Of a stretch of 64,000 nucleotides of DNA, positions 55,438-64,000 are shown piece by piece (positions within the stretch are counted from its first letter, which is position 1; every line of letters begins with the position of its first letter). The stretch lies in sequence record NC_061446.1, one strand, 5' to 3'. Made by a program: the position numbers and the translations under genes. A model generated the notes under the pieces. That model was not told where the DNA came from. It made no database searches and saw only the letters and a list, made by a program, of their open reading frames with translations.

Positions 55438-57468
55438 ATGGCCAAAGAGCCGAAAGCTGCCAAGGTTAAAAAGAAAACGGGAGATGGGTCCGCTCAAGAG
55501 GGATTCATGATCGCAGAAGGGCTTGATGGTATCAGGCTCAATCCCGGGATGTACATGGGTGAACGCGGTGCCGATATGGCTTACCGTGCTGTTAAAGAAC
55601 CTGTCGATAACGTCTATGACGAATTGATGGCAGGCCGCAACAAAGTTCTGGAAGTTGTGATTGACTACGACAACGACCTGAACATCGTCGCAGATATGGC
55701 GAAAGGTATTCCCACCGACTTCAAGAAATTGAAAGACGGTTCGAAAGAAACGATCATGACCGCAGCATTTAGCCGCGCACATGCTGGTGGTAAGTTTAAC
55801 GATCAGGCATATAAGACCTCTGCCGGTACTCACGGCGTTGGCGTTGCGGCACTGAACGCAATCTCAAGCCAGCTTCGCGTATGGTCAATGTACAAAGGTG
55901 GCTGTGCGTATCAGATGTGGGAATGCGGTGTTGCTAAAAGCGGCAAAGACCCGAAACAGGTTAAAACAGTAGACAAGGATGTTATGAGTCTGCTGCGTGA
56001 AAAGAAACACAGCAAGTACGGTACGATTGTCGCATGGACTCTCGACCAGACTGTTGTGTCCGCTGATGTACAGCGTGGTAAGAAGCTGACGAAAGGCTAT
56101 CGTCACGCTGCGCCCGACCCAGCACGTATCGGCGAGTGGCTGCGCAATATGTCGCTGCTTAACCCAGGCTTTGAGATTCGTCTCAGTCTGATTAAGAAAG
56201 GCAAGCGCAAAGACTTCACCTTCCACAACAAGAAAGACCTCGCGCACGTTGTGAAGACAATGATCGACGAGCGTGAGCTGGGTATCGTCGGTAAGCCGTT
56301 CGTGTTCCAGAACGACAACATTACGGCAGCGCTTGCATGGACAGATCATGCAGACACTGACAACTTCCTCAGTTTCGTTAACACTAGCCCGACTGTTGAC
56401 GGCGGGTGGCATGTTGTAGGTTTTCGAGACGCGCTGTTCGAAGCAATCAAACCTTTCATGAAAGAGTCGAAAGGCAAAGGTAAGAAGAAGCAGAACTTCA
56501 AACAAGAAGACTTGCTTATCGGCCTGACAGGTATGTTCGACTGGCGTATGCACGGTGCTCAGTACACCTCGCAGGTTAAAGACAAGCTGGCGAGCCGTGT
56601 CGAAAAAGAAGTATACGAGATGCTGAAAGAAGCGTTCGTGAAATACTTCAAGGACAATAAGAAAGTCGCAACGACGATCATCAAACGCGCCGAAGCGATG
56701 AACAAGGGACGCGAAGAACTCAGTGCTGTCGTGAAGTCTATGGCAGACACGAAGAAGAAGCTGAAAGGTAACTCGCTTCCTGCTGACCTGATCTCTGCGC
56801 TCAAGTGTAAGCCGCACGAACGTGAGCTTATCGTTGTAGAAGGTGACTCTGCTGGTGGTACTGCGAAACACGCACGTAACCCTGACTATCAGGAAGTTAT
56901 GCTTGCAGGTGGTAAGCCGCTTAATGGCCTGAAAGCAAGTCTGGCTGATGTGCTCAAGCACAAAGAAGTGCAGGGCATGTTAGTGTCTGTCGGTGCTGAC
57001 CTGAAATCGTTAGACCCGAAAGCAGAAGCGCCGAAGCTGAGTACAAAGAACCTGCGTATCGGTAACCTGCTGTTCCTGATGGATGCTGACCCGGACGGCT
57101 TCCACATCGCAACGTTGTTCCTCGGTGTTATCTATCGTCTGCTGCCTGACCTCATGAAAGAGGGTCGTGTGTGGATTGTCGATGCACCTCTGTATAACGT
57201 GATGCACAAGGGCATTCACTACGGTGGCATGACGTTTGAAGAATGCCGAGCGAAAGCACCGTCTGCTGTAAAAGATAAAGAAATCGTTCGTGCTAAAGGC
57301 TGGGGTGAAGTAGAGCCCGAAGTTCTCGAAGCGATCTCATTCAATCCGAAGACGCGTCGCTTGATTCGTGTGAACCCGTTCACTAGCGTTGAGCAGGAGC
57401 GTTTCTTCCGCGGTGTGCTGGCAGAAGATGCAGTTCATCGCCGTCGTCTGTTGGGCCTGGAGGATTAA
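55438..57468 (+). CDS. gyrB: Type IIA topoisomerase B subunit (GyrB/ParE-like, 676 aa)
   Basis: IRLNPGMY, EPVDNVYDE, HAGGKF, GTHGVGVAALNA, VEGDSAGG, GKPLN, DADPDG.HI, KGWGE. Confidence 0.93.
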   Translation: MAKEPKAAKVKKKTGDGSAQEGFMIAEGLDGIRLNPGMYMGERGADMAYRAVKEPVDNVYDELMAGRNKVLEVVIDYDNDLNIVADMAKGIPTDFKKLKDGSKETIMTAAFSRAHAGGKFNDQAYKTSAGTHGVGVAALNAISSQLRVWSMYKGGCAYQMWECGVAKSGKDPKQVKTVDKDVMSLLREKKHSKYGTIVAWTLDQTVVSADVQRGKKLTKGYRHAAPDPARIGEWLRNMSLLNPGFEIRLSLIKKGKRKDFTFHNKKDLAHVVKTMIDERELGIVGKPFVFQNDNITAALAWTDHADTDNFLSFVNTSPTVDGGWHVVGFRDALFEAIKPFMKESKGKGKKKQNFKQEDLLIGLTGMFDWRMHGAQYTSQVKDKLASRVEKEVYEMLKEAFVKYFKDNKKVATTIIKRAEAMNKGREELSAVVKSMADTKKKLKGNSLPADLISALKCKPHERELIVVEGDSAGGTAKHARNPDYQEVMLAGGKPLNGLKASLADVLKHKEVQGMLVSVGADLKSLDPKAEAPKLSTKNLRIGNLLFLMDADPDGFHIATLFLGVIYRLLPDLMKEGRVWIVDAPLYNVMHKGIHYGGMTFEECRAKAPSAVKDKEIVRAKGWGEVEPEVLEAISFNPKTRRLIRVNPFTSVEQERFFRGVLAEDAVHRRRLLGLED

Positions 57469-57469
57469 G

Positions 57470-57727
57470 ATGGACTTCAATATAGCTAATCTCCCTGATG
57501 GAACTCAGATTCGTTTTCTGGACATGCCGTCTATTCAACATGCGCCGATGACTGCCGAGCAGCAGGCTGAATATGACAGACTGATTCCGAAGCTGCGTGA
57601 AATGTCAAAGAACTGTGTTGTATCTGCGCACACTGTAGTTGACGGCCAGCCGCGTGAGCGTGTGCTGGTGCAGATGAAGCGAACTATTCTCGCTAAGATT
57701 AACGCGATTGCCAAAGGGGAACAGTAA
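57470..57727 (+). CDS. Hypothetical protein between topoisomerase subunits (85 aa)
   Basis: GGAGG RBS before ATG 57470; TAATG coupling to the A subunit. Confidence 0.75.
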   Translation: MDFNIANLPDGTQIRFLDMPSIQHAPMTAEQQAEYDRLIPKLREMSKNCVVSAHTVVDGQPRERVLVQMKRTILAKINAIAKGEQ

Positions 57728-59382
57728 TGGCAGTTAAGCCGAAGAAAGTTAAAGTCGAAAAGAAATCGACTGCGGTAGCGAAGCCTACAAAGGTTAAGTT
57801 GAAGTCGAAGTCGAAAGCTGTTGCTGCCGATGACCTGCCGAAAAAGAAAAAGAAGAAAGGCGAAGTAGTTGAGACAAGCACAGGTACTTCACTGTACCCG
57901 ATGCTGGGTCAAGACGAGTCTCTCATTCGTGACGAGAACCTCGCTGACTATACACGACGCGCTCTCTTCCAGTACGGCTCATACGTTGTTGAAGACCGTG
58001 CTATCGCTGACTATCGTGACGGTCTCAAGCCTGTGCATCGTGCGTTACTCTGGTCGCTGTCTGACTTGGGCTTACGTCCGGGCGGTGCGTTCAAGAAAGC
58101 TGCGCGTACCGTAGGTGATGCGTTAGGTAAGTATCACCCCCACGGCGATGCTGCCTGTTACGGCGCGATGGTAACGATTGCAAACACAGTACCGCCTGCG
58201 GTAGCCGGTCAAGGTAACTGGGGCGACCCAGTAGCGCCTGCCGCTGCGATGCGTTATACCGAAGCGAAAATGAGTAAGTTCGCGGGTAGCTTCTTGCTGG
58301 ACCCGGACTATCTCGAAGTAACGCCGATGGTGGATAACTTCTCGAACGATATGAAGCTGCCACTGTATCTGCCTGCGCTGCTGCCGTACATGCTGTTCAA
58401 CGGTAGTGTGCCTGCGCCAGCATATGGCGTTAAGTGCGGTAACCCATCGTTCAGCTTCACGTCCGTTGCGAAAGTCGTGTGTGATATGCTTAACGGCAAA
58501 GAGTACACGGCTAAGAAGCTCGCTGAGACACTCAAAGTCAATCATGAGTATGGCTGTCTCGATGTAAGCTCTGATGAAGACTTCCTCGCGCTGATGACGA
58601 CAGGCAAGGGTAAAGTCACATACGAACCGCAGATGAAGGTCGACGAGAAGACGAAGACCATCACAATTCAAACGTATGTGCCTGGCGGTATGTCGAACAA
58701 CGCAGCGATAACCAAGAAGCTGGAGAAGATTGCAGAGTGGTCTGGTGTTGTGTCTGCATCGAACGCCAGTTCGAAGAAGAACAAAGATGCAGGCCCATGG
58801 GGTGCAGCGTTTGCTATCAAGTGTCGTGGTAGCGAAGACCAGTTGTATGAGATTGCCTCGAAGGTGCAACGTGAAGTAACCTCGTCAATCAACTACGCGC
58901 TGGGTGTGACAGTTCGCCGTGCTGACGCATCGAACAAGTTTATGTACCTGTCGTATGTGAACTATTTCAAAGCGTGGGTTGCGTATCGCGTCAAGCTGGA
59001 AGTGGCGATGCTCAAGAACAAGATGGCCAAAGCAGAGAAAGCCTTACATCTGCAACAGGTCTACTTGTGGGCAGTGGACAACATGGACAAGTTGCTCAAA
59101 GCTCTGCCTAAAGCGCTGGTAGCGAAAGACCCTGACGAGACGCTTGCGAAGCTGTGTAAGATTCCTCAGGAAGATGCGAAAATCATCCTCGATCGTCAGG
59201 TGCGTAAGCTGGCAAAACTGGAACGTGCTGGGCTGGTGGCCAAGATTAAAGAAATCAAGGCCGAGATTGCCGAGTATAAAGCCGGTCTGAAAGAGCCGGG
59301 TAAATATGCAGCAAACGGTACAGCGGCTAAAGTTAAAGCGTATCTCAAGTCACCCGACGACAAGATGCCTGTAAGTCTCTGA
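57727..59382 (+). CDS. gyrA: Type IIA topoisomerase A subunit (GyrA/ParC-like, 551 aa, no C-terminal beta-pinwheel)
   Basis: RAIADYRDGLKPVHR, KKAAR.VG..LGKYHPHGD, GQGNWG, AAMRYTE (catalytic Tyr). Confidence 0.93.
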   Translation: MAVKPKKVKVEKKSTAVAKPTKVKLKSKSKAVAADDLPKKKKKKGEVVETSTGTSLYPMLGQDESLIRDENLADYTRRALFQYGSYVVEDRAIADYRDGLKPVHRALLWSLSDLGLRPGGAFKKAARTVGDALGKYHPHGDAACYGAMVTIANTVPPAVAGQGNWGDPVAPAAAMRYTEAKMSKFAGSFLLDPDYLEVTPMVDNFSNDMKLPLYLPALLPYMLFNGSVPAPAYGVKCGNPSFSFTSVAKVVCDMLNGKEYTAKKLAETLKVNHEYGCLDVSSDEDFLALMTTGKGKVTYEPQMKVDEKTKTITIQTYVPGGMSNNAAITKKLEKIAEWSGVVSASNASSKKNKDAGPWGAAFAIKCRGSEDQLYEIASKVQREVTSSINYALGVTVRRADASNKFMYLSYVNYFKAWVAYRVKLEVAMLKNKMAKAEKALHLQQVYLWAVDNMDKLLKALPKALVAKDPDETLAKLCKIPQEDAKIILDRQVRKLAKLERAGLVAKIKEIKAEIAEYKAGLKEPGKYAANGTAAKVKAYLKSPDDKMPVSL

Positions 59383-59403
59383 TTAATCTGTAAATACAAC
59401 TCA

Positions 59404-59456
59404 GCATATTCTTGGATGAAACGCGGTTGTATCAGATTAATCTTATATGATATAAT
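59404..59456 (+). promoter_or_regulatory. Phage promoter copy 12
   Basis: GCATATTCTTGGATGAAA - 29 bp - (TGa)TATAAT. Confidence 0.75.
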
Positions 59457-59462
59457 GGTACT

Positions 59463-59741
59463 GTTGAGTAGCGCTACTTAGTGGGAAATAGGTGGTGCTA
59501 CTCGAAATCATAAGAGGAGGGTAAGGTAGCGCAGCACAAACCAATTCGGAAACTCAAGGGTAAAATAATCCGAGCCTAAAAGGCCAACTCTGGCGAGGTA
59601 TTCTCTGGGAGAGCCCCTCGACCTATACTATAATCGACCCATGAAAATACTAATATGCACAAGCAGCATTTGGTATTTCGAAGTGTCGCTAGGACTGGTA
59701 ACAATGGTCCTCAACTCTTAATGAAGTTTGGAAATCCATAG
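59463..59741 (+). ncRNA. Long structured leader or ncRNA candidate
   Basis: About 280 nt between promoter 12 and the next ATG; 15-bp stem 59466-80/59489-503; second stem at about 59603-59633. Confidence 0.4.
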
Positions 59742-61016
59742 ATGAAAAATCAGGTAAGCAACCTTAAGGCTGGGTTAGAGCAAGTTAACACACTGTTGAC
59801 CACGCTCCGTTCAGGAACTAACTTGAAACGCCAGCACGTTGTTGATTCATTAGGTCAGCCTTCCTCAATTTTAGCTGATCTGACCAAGGCATTAAAGAGT
59901 AATACCTACAAATCGTACCCCGATGTACTGCAACTGCGTGACTCTGTACGCGCAACTTGCACCACCTGCCTCAGCCTGTCAGAACAAGTGGCCGCTAAAC
60001 GCATCAAGCCACGCGATCTGATGGAAAAGCTCGGTGAGATTGTGAAGTCGTTTCAAGCTGACGTATCGTTAGCTAAGTCCTGTTTGGGTTATCTGCCTGA
60101 GTCTCGCAAAGTCGTAACGCTCGACGATGTGAAGACGAATGCGGACGGTAGCACCGACTTGGATTCATTCCAGAAAGTTGCGGAAGAGATCTACGAACAG
60201 GAAACGAATGACAAAGCTGTACGCCGTGAGCAACGCGAAGATGCTGCGACTGCTAAAACAAGTCGTGTGCTCAAGCGTCTCAAGGACACGTACGGACACA
60301 AGGTCCCGAGAACGTTCAAACACGCTATTCAAATAGTCCAACTTCCTGTGATGGCTCGATTCGGTACACTCGCCATGAGTCCTGAATCGCTTTCTCGCAT
60401 GGGTTTCAAAATCGAAACTGCCGGTCTCCACTCAACCCCAAGCTCAGACTTAGGCATCATTTTTGAAAACCAGCTCCTGCTTTTCTTCCGCATGTCCGAC
60501 GCGAAAGGAATGGCAGAAGAAGCCGTGAAAGATCACAAGATGCTTGATGGTACTCTCGTAGAACGCAAACGCCTCCAGAAAGAACGCAACGCAGAACGCC
60601 GTGACCTCAAGAAGCTCAATCAGCTTCTGGACCAGGCAAAGTCTCTGAAAGCTCGTCGTGCGCTTCGTGAACAAATCGCGGAAGCCCAGGAAACGATTGA
60701 CGAGATCACTGCGAAGCTCGACGCGATGGACAGCAAAGTGCGTGAGAGTAATTCCAAAGAGCGCGTATATCGCCAGATGAAGACCTCCAGCGATCATGCG
60801 ATGTTAGACTATCTTAACCCCATTGTCGATATGCTCAACGAGAAGGGTAGTTCCACGCTCGGTCTGTTCACCACCATGCCGTTACGCGGTGTGATGAAGG
60901 ACAGCGATGTGCATTGTGCTTGGCTTATGGAGAAATCAGCTATCAACCTGTTGCTGCGCCACACTGGCGGTGACATGAAGTTGCAGAACTGGTTCCTGCC
61001 TTGGACTAATGGCTAA
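59742..61016 (+). CDS. Hypothetical protein with central coiled coil (424 aa)
   Basis: Long ORF; heptads LVERKRLQKE...LDAMDSKV. Confidence 0.8.
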   Translation: MKNQVSNLKAGLEQVNTLLTTLRSGTNLKRQHVVDSLGQPSSILADLTKALKSNTYKSYPDVLQLRDSVRATCTTCLSLSEQVAAKRIKPRDLMEKLGEIVKSFQADVSLAKSCLGYLPESRKVVTLDDVKTNADGSTDLDSFQKVAEEIYEQETNDKAVRREQREDAATAKTSRVLKRLKDTYGHKVPRTFKHAIQIVQLPVMARFGTLAMSPESLSRMGFKIETAGLHSTPSSDLGIIFENQLLLFFRMSDAKGMAEEAVKDHKMLDGTLVERKRLQKERNAERRDLKKLNQLLDQAKSLKARRALREQIAEAQETIDEITAKLDAMDSKVRESNSKERVYRQMKTSSDHAMLDYLNPIVDMLNEKGSSTLGLFTTMPLRGVMKDSDVHCAWLMEKSAINLLLRHTGGDMKLQNWFLPWTNG

Positions 61017-61551
61017 CAACGATAACCGACTGCCGGCGGCAACGAAAGGTGACTTGTCACAGTGTATCATTTGCTTGAAGTTTAGCAGATCGATTCACTA
61101 TCACCATACCGTGCCCCGCTCACTGGGAGGCGAGCTTTCGCTTCAAATCCCAATAGACGGTGACTGCCACACAACGCTTCACGCAAAAGCAGAAGCAGTG
61201 GTAGCGAAGTTAGCAGGTAACCGTAAGCAACCTATCGGTACGTTCTGGGACGACCCAGATGCGGAACGTAGGGCACAAACGTGGCTAGACATTCTGGTAG
61301 ATGCTATGATTAACCCACCGGTTCAGCCTGGACAGAAAGAAGTCCTGCTGCCGATGATTAAGGTTGACATGGAAACCAGACATGCTCTCGAACTCTTAAA
61401 GCGCGACACGCCTGGCATTACTAATATGAGCCAAGTGTTGCGTCTCTGCATTGAGACAACATTAAAATCAAAGGGGTTAAAAAATGGCGAATCAAAAAGT
61501 ACGCACTCTGGACATCAAAGCACTCGTAAAAAGCGAACTGACCTGTGGTGA
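61009..61551 (+). CDS. HNH-endonuclease-like protein with possible C-terminal RHH (180 aa)
   Basis: CIIC...HYHHTVPRSLGG...IPIDGDCHTTLH; IKVDMETRHALELLK...NMSQVLRLCI. Confidence 0.65.
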   Translation: MANNDNRLPAATKGDLSQCIICLKFSRSIHYHHTVPRSLGGELSLQIPIDGDCHTTLHAKAEAVVAKLAGNRKQPIGTFWDDPDAERRAQTWLDILVDAMINPPVQPGQKEVLLPMIKVDMETRHALELLKRDTPGITNMSQVLRLCIETTLKSKGLKNGESKSTHSGHQSTRKKRTDLW

Positions 61552-62353
61552 TTGCCGTGGTCTGACGCGCGATGCTCTGTTACCGACTGCTGAAAAGCCG
61601 TGTGCCACACAAGGTCAGTTGGCTGATTCTAAGATCTGCAAACACTATCGTTCTGACAGTCAATCGCTGACTGAACTGATGACCGAGCACGGCGATACGC
61701 TGGTGGCTCTTTTCAATACGTTCCGTAAATTCTCTGACAAAGACCTGCGCGTTGTTGCTGGCATGTTGCTGTCTGAGTCTAAAACACGTCGTCATGGCGT
61801 GAAGATGGGACAAGCTGTATTTGTGCGTTACCAAGGTCGTGAGACTCGCAACTACCTGAACAACTTCATGGCAGCGCGTGTGCTCGACGTAGACGACGAT
61901 TCGATTCGCCTTATCTCCGAGAAAGGTGACATTGTGTTGACGTATGCGAACAACGGCTTTAACGGTCCGTCCGTATATACGAAGAAGCAATTTGCTAAGT
62001 TGCGCACTGAGATGATCAAAGCTGGTAAGCTGATTGATCCTGAGCGCGAGATCAAAACTGCGAAGCGTAATCTTCCGCAAGAAGATAACGTTAACTTCTC
62101 TGCACCAAGTTCACTCGATGGCTTCACTGTTCCGCTGATGGAAGATGTGACTAAGGGCCGTGGCGGTAAGCGTAAGGGCCGTAAGACTCAGACGCTGGTG
62201 GACATTGTGTCGATGATCGAGAACGGTCACGACATGGGCGCAGAGCAAGACGAGTCTGGTGTAATGAGCCTCGGCGGTAACTCCTACAAGTCGAAACAGA
62301 AGAAGAAGATTCGTGTCGGTAAGAACGGCGCTATCGAACTCGGCGACCTGTAA
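61484..62353 (+). CDS. Hypothetical protein with N-terminal Cys4 zinc-binding motif (289 aa)
   Basis: CGDC...C...ICKHY; AAGGGG RBS. Confidence 0.8.
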   Translation: MANQKVRTLDIKALVKSELTCGDCRGLTRDALLPTAEKPCATQGQLADSKICKHYRSDSQSLTELMTEHGDTLVALFNTFRKFSDKDLRVVAGMLLSESKTRRHGVKMGQAVFVRYQGRETRNYLNNFMAARVLDVDDDSIRLISEKGDIVLTYANNGFNGPSVYTKKQFAKLRTEMIKAGKLIDPEREIKTAKRNLPQEDNVNFSAPSSLDGFTVPLMEDVTKGRGGKRKGRKTQTLVDIVSMIENGHDMGAEQDESGVMSLGGNSYKSKQKKKIRVGKNGAIELGDL

Positions 62354-62409
62354 TTAAGATCTAGTACCAAGCAATAACTTCAAACTATACGAACAGGATC
62401 TCGGAAAAC

Positions 62410-63549
62410 ATGATCACAGAAGAATTAGGTCTTAATGCTTATCTGGCACAGCGTCTGGGAATTGAGGAAACCTCAGAAGCGTTCCAACGAGTATACGCTG
62501 CGACAATTCGGTATATCGGCAGCGGGTATAAATCTATTGCGGGTTATCACCGCGATTTGCAAGCAGCAATCGACTTTAAGCAGTACGAGTTTACTGCACC
62601 GGACTTGCGTATTGAGCTATCTTCTATTTGTCGTTTCACGTTGAAGATGCGTTTCTTTGTGTTGGCTGTTTGCCTGCACAAGAACCCGAAAGAAACAGTT
62701 TTGAAGTACGCTGCGTATGGACTGTCTAAGCGCGAAGCCGTGTTAGCCTGGAACTTAGTGTTGAAAGACGAAACGAAGCGTACACAGATTCGTCGTTGTG
62801 CGAAAGCGCGAGCGAAGTCCAAAGGTGGTTTGGATATCACTATGGTCAGTAGCAATGAATTGCGCCTTCGTCTCGATCAGTCGGCCAGCCTGTTCGGTGA
62901 GATTCACCGCAGTGCGAAGCGTCTGGTCAGAAAGAAATTGCAGTGGGTGTCAGTGAGCCATAACATTCCTATCGCAGACCTTACTTGCGATATTATGTGC
63001 AAGGTGTTGCTGTCGTATTATCAGTCTCTGCCAAATCGTTTTAGCGAGGGCCACCAGCTTAACTATCTTCGTGCATCACTGACGAACCGCATTAACAACA
63101 TGAACAACTACTACGGCGCTGAGAAGCGCAAGCGTATGAAGAAAGTTGGCGAAGACAAGTATGAGATCGTGGTCATGTCTGATAATCAGATGTGGCACAA
63201 TCCAGAAGACGACTCGTCCAACTCATACGAGGACATGTTGGGTGAGGGTGCTCGCGTACACACCGAGCAGATGGAGAATACTCTGACCATCAATCGTCTG
63301 CTGGAAGATTCAGAGGGAACGAAACGCCACAAACTGTATCAGACAGTGCTTGGTCGGGATTGCGCCGAGTTCACTGACTATCTACGTGAGAACGGGATGC
63401 TCAAACAGACCATGACGTGTGCCACACAATGGCTCATGGCTAAGCCTACGAAGTTCATACGCAAGACGTTGGCCAAGTGGTTAGACGTTAGCGTTGATGC
63501 TGTGTCGGGTGGTCTGGAAACATTACGTGGTTCATTACAGGTAGCATGA
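62410..63549 (+). CDS. Divergent sigma70-family-like factor (379 aa)
   Basis: Region-2-like ADLTCDIMCKVLLSYY...LNYLRASLTNRINNM...AEKRK and region-4-like TLAKWLDVSVDAVSGGLETLR. Confidence 0.5.
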   Translation: MITEELGLNAYLAQRLGIEETSEAFQRVYAATIRYIGSGYKSIAGYHRDLQAAIDFKQYEFTAPDLRIELSSICRFTLKMRFFVLAVCLHKNPKETVLKYAAYGLSKREAVLAWNLVLKDETKRTQIRRCAKARAKSKGGLDITMVSSNELRLRLDQSASLFGEIHRSAKRLVRKKLQWVSVSHNIPIADLTCDIMCKVLLSYYQSLPNRFSEGHQLNYLRASLTNRINNMNNYYGAEKRKRMKKVGEDKYEIVVMSDNQMWHNPEDDSSNSYEDMLGEGARVHTEQMENTLTINRLLEDSEGTKRHKLYQTVLGRDCAEFTDYLRENGMLKQTMTCATQWLMAKPTKFIRKTLAKWLDVSVDAVSGGLETLRGSLQVA

Positions 63550-63938
63550 GAGGTCACCATATAGTTATGCAAGCAGCAATCATTAACACTGACGTAGAGC
63601 GTTGTGCTCTCGCCCTGTTCACTCGCCCGCAGCTGGACGAGGACTATAAGCGTACCGTGTTGTATCTCGTGTATAAGACTGTAAATCGTAATGGCATGAT
63701 GCAAGTTAATCGTCTGGTGTTTGAACTGACCCAGAAGTATGGACTGAACAAAGAGGACGTGAAGTCTGCTATCGGTGCGCTCAAAGCTCCGTCGGCATTC
63801 AACTCGCTTTCAGTGTTCGTGCCTCGTGCAGATTTGAAGGCTAACCGTGTATGTCGAGTGAACTCGAATGCAGCCATTGAAAACTGGATTGCAGAAGTAG
63901 AGACGACTCGACCTCATATCACTCGCTTGTTGCAGTAG
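63546..63938 (+). CDS. Hypothetical protein (130 aa; start may be 63567)
   Basis: ATGA overlap; GAGG upstream of the second ATG. Confidence 0.7.
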   Translation: MRGHHIVMQAAIINTDVERCALALFTRPQLDEDYKRTVLYLVYKTVNRNGMMQVNRLVFELTQKYGLNKEDVKSAIGALKAPSAFNSLSVFVPRADLKANRVCRVNSNAAIENWIAEVETTRPHITRLLQ

Positions 63939-64000
63939 GGGCGTAAATGGAAATGTTTTCGCTTGGCCTGGAAGTTCGGGCCATTCGAACAGTAACGAAC

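Noticed and set aside
59641-59721. 26-codon hydrophobic ORF as a type I toxin or leader peptide
   Set aside because: No RBS at normal spacing and no antisense partner evident; kept only as part of the leader finding.

Overview
A 64-kb segment of a large lytic dsDNA phage genome, probably a jumbo myovirus of Enterobacterales. Placement near the Erwinia/Dickeya Y3/Yoloswag/Alexandra-type phages is an inference from gene content (AmsF-like protein, UvsE, Tpt1, GyrB/GyrA-type topoisomerase, YbiI) and was not confirmed by a search. About 95 genes are tightly packed and all are on the + strand; the long minus-strand ORFs are antisense shadows. Recognisable genes: intein-interrupted RecA/UvsX, an AmsF/EPS-depolymerase-like beta-helix protein, a NADAR-like protein, an XRE HTH protein, a GNAT-like protein, KptA/Tpt1, a radical SAM enzyme, a YbiI/TraR zinc finger, UvsE, dUTPase, an exported SLT lytic transglycosylase, an HD phosphohydrolase, type IIA topoisomerase B and A subunits, an HNH protein and a divergent sigma-like protein. 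No tRNA, CRISPR array, integrase or capsid gene was recognised. The most notable unexplained structure is: (1) 12 copies of a promoter in which an 18-bp box (GCAWATAAYTGGWCRAAA) lies 29-30 bp before a mostly extended -10, usually followed by a 5' hairpin; (2) a three-hairpin ~113-nt small RNA with its own promoter and terminator; (3) a 12-kb block of polyacidic and lysine/alanine-rich disordered proteins next to the topoisomerase, sharing a repeated helix-extended-helix module, plus lysine-rich tags on DNA enzymes, suggesting a charge-based phage chromatin or condensate system; (4) a radical SAM enzyme with a Cys-Gly-Phe repeat tail resembling a fused peptide substrate.
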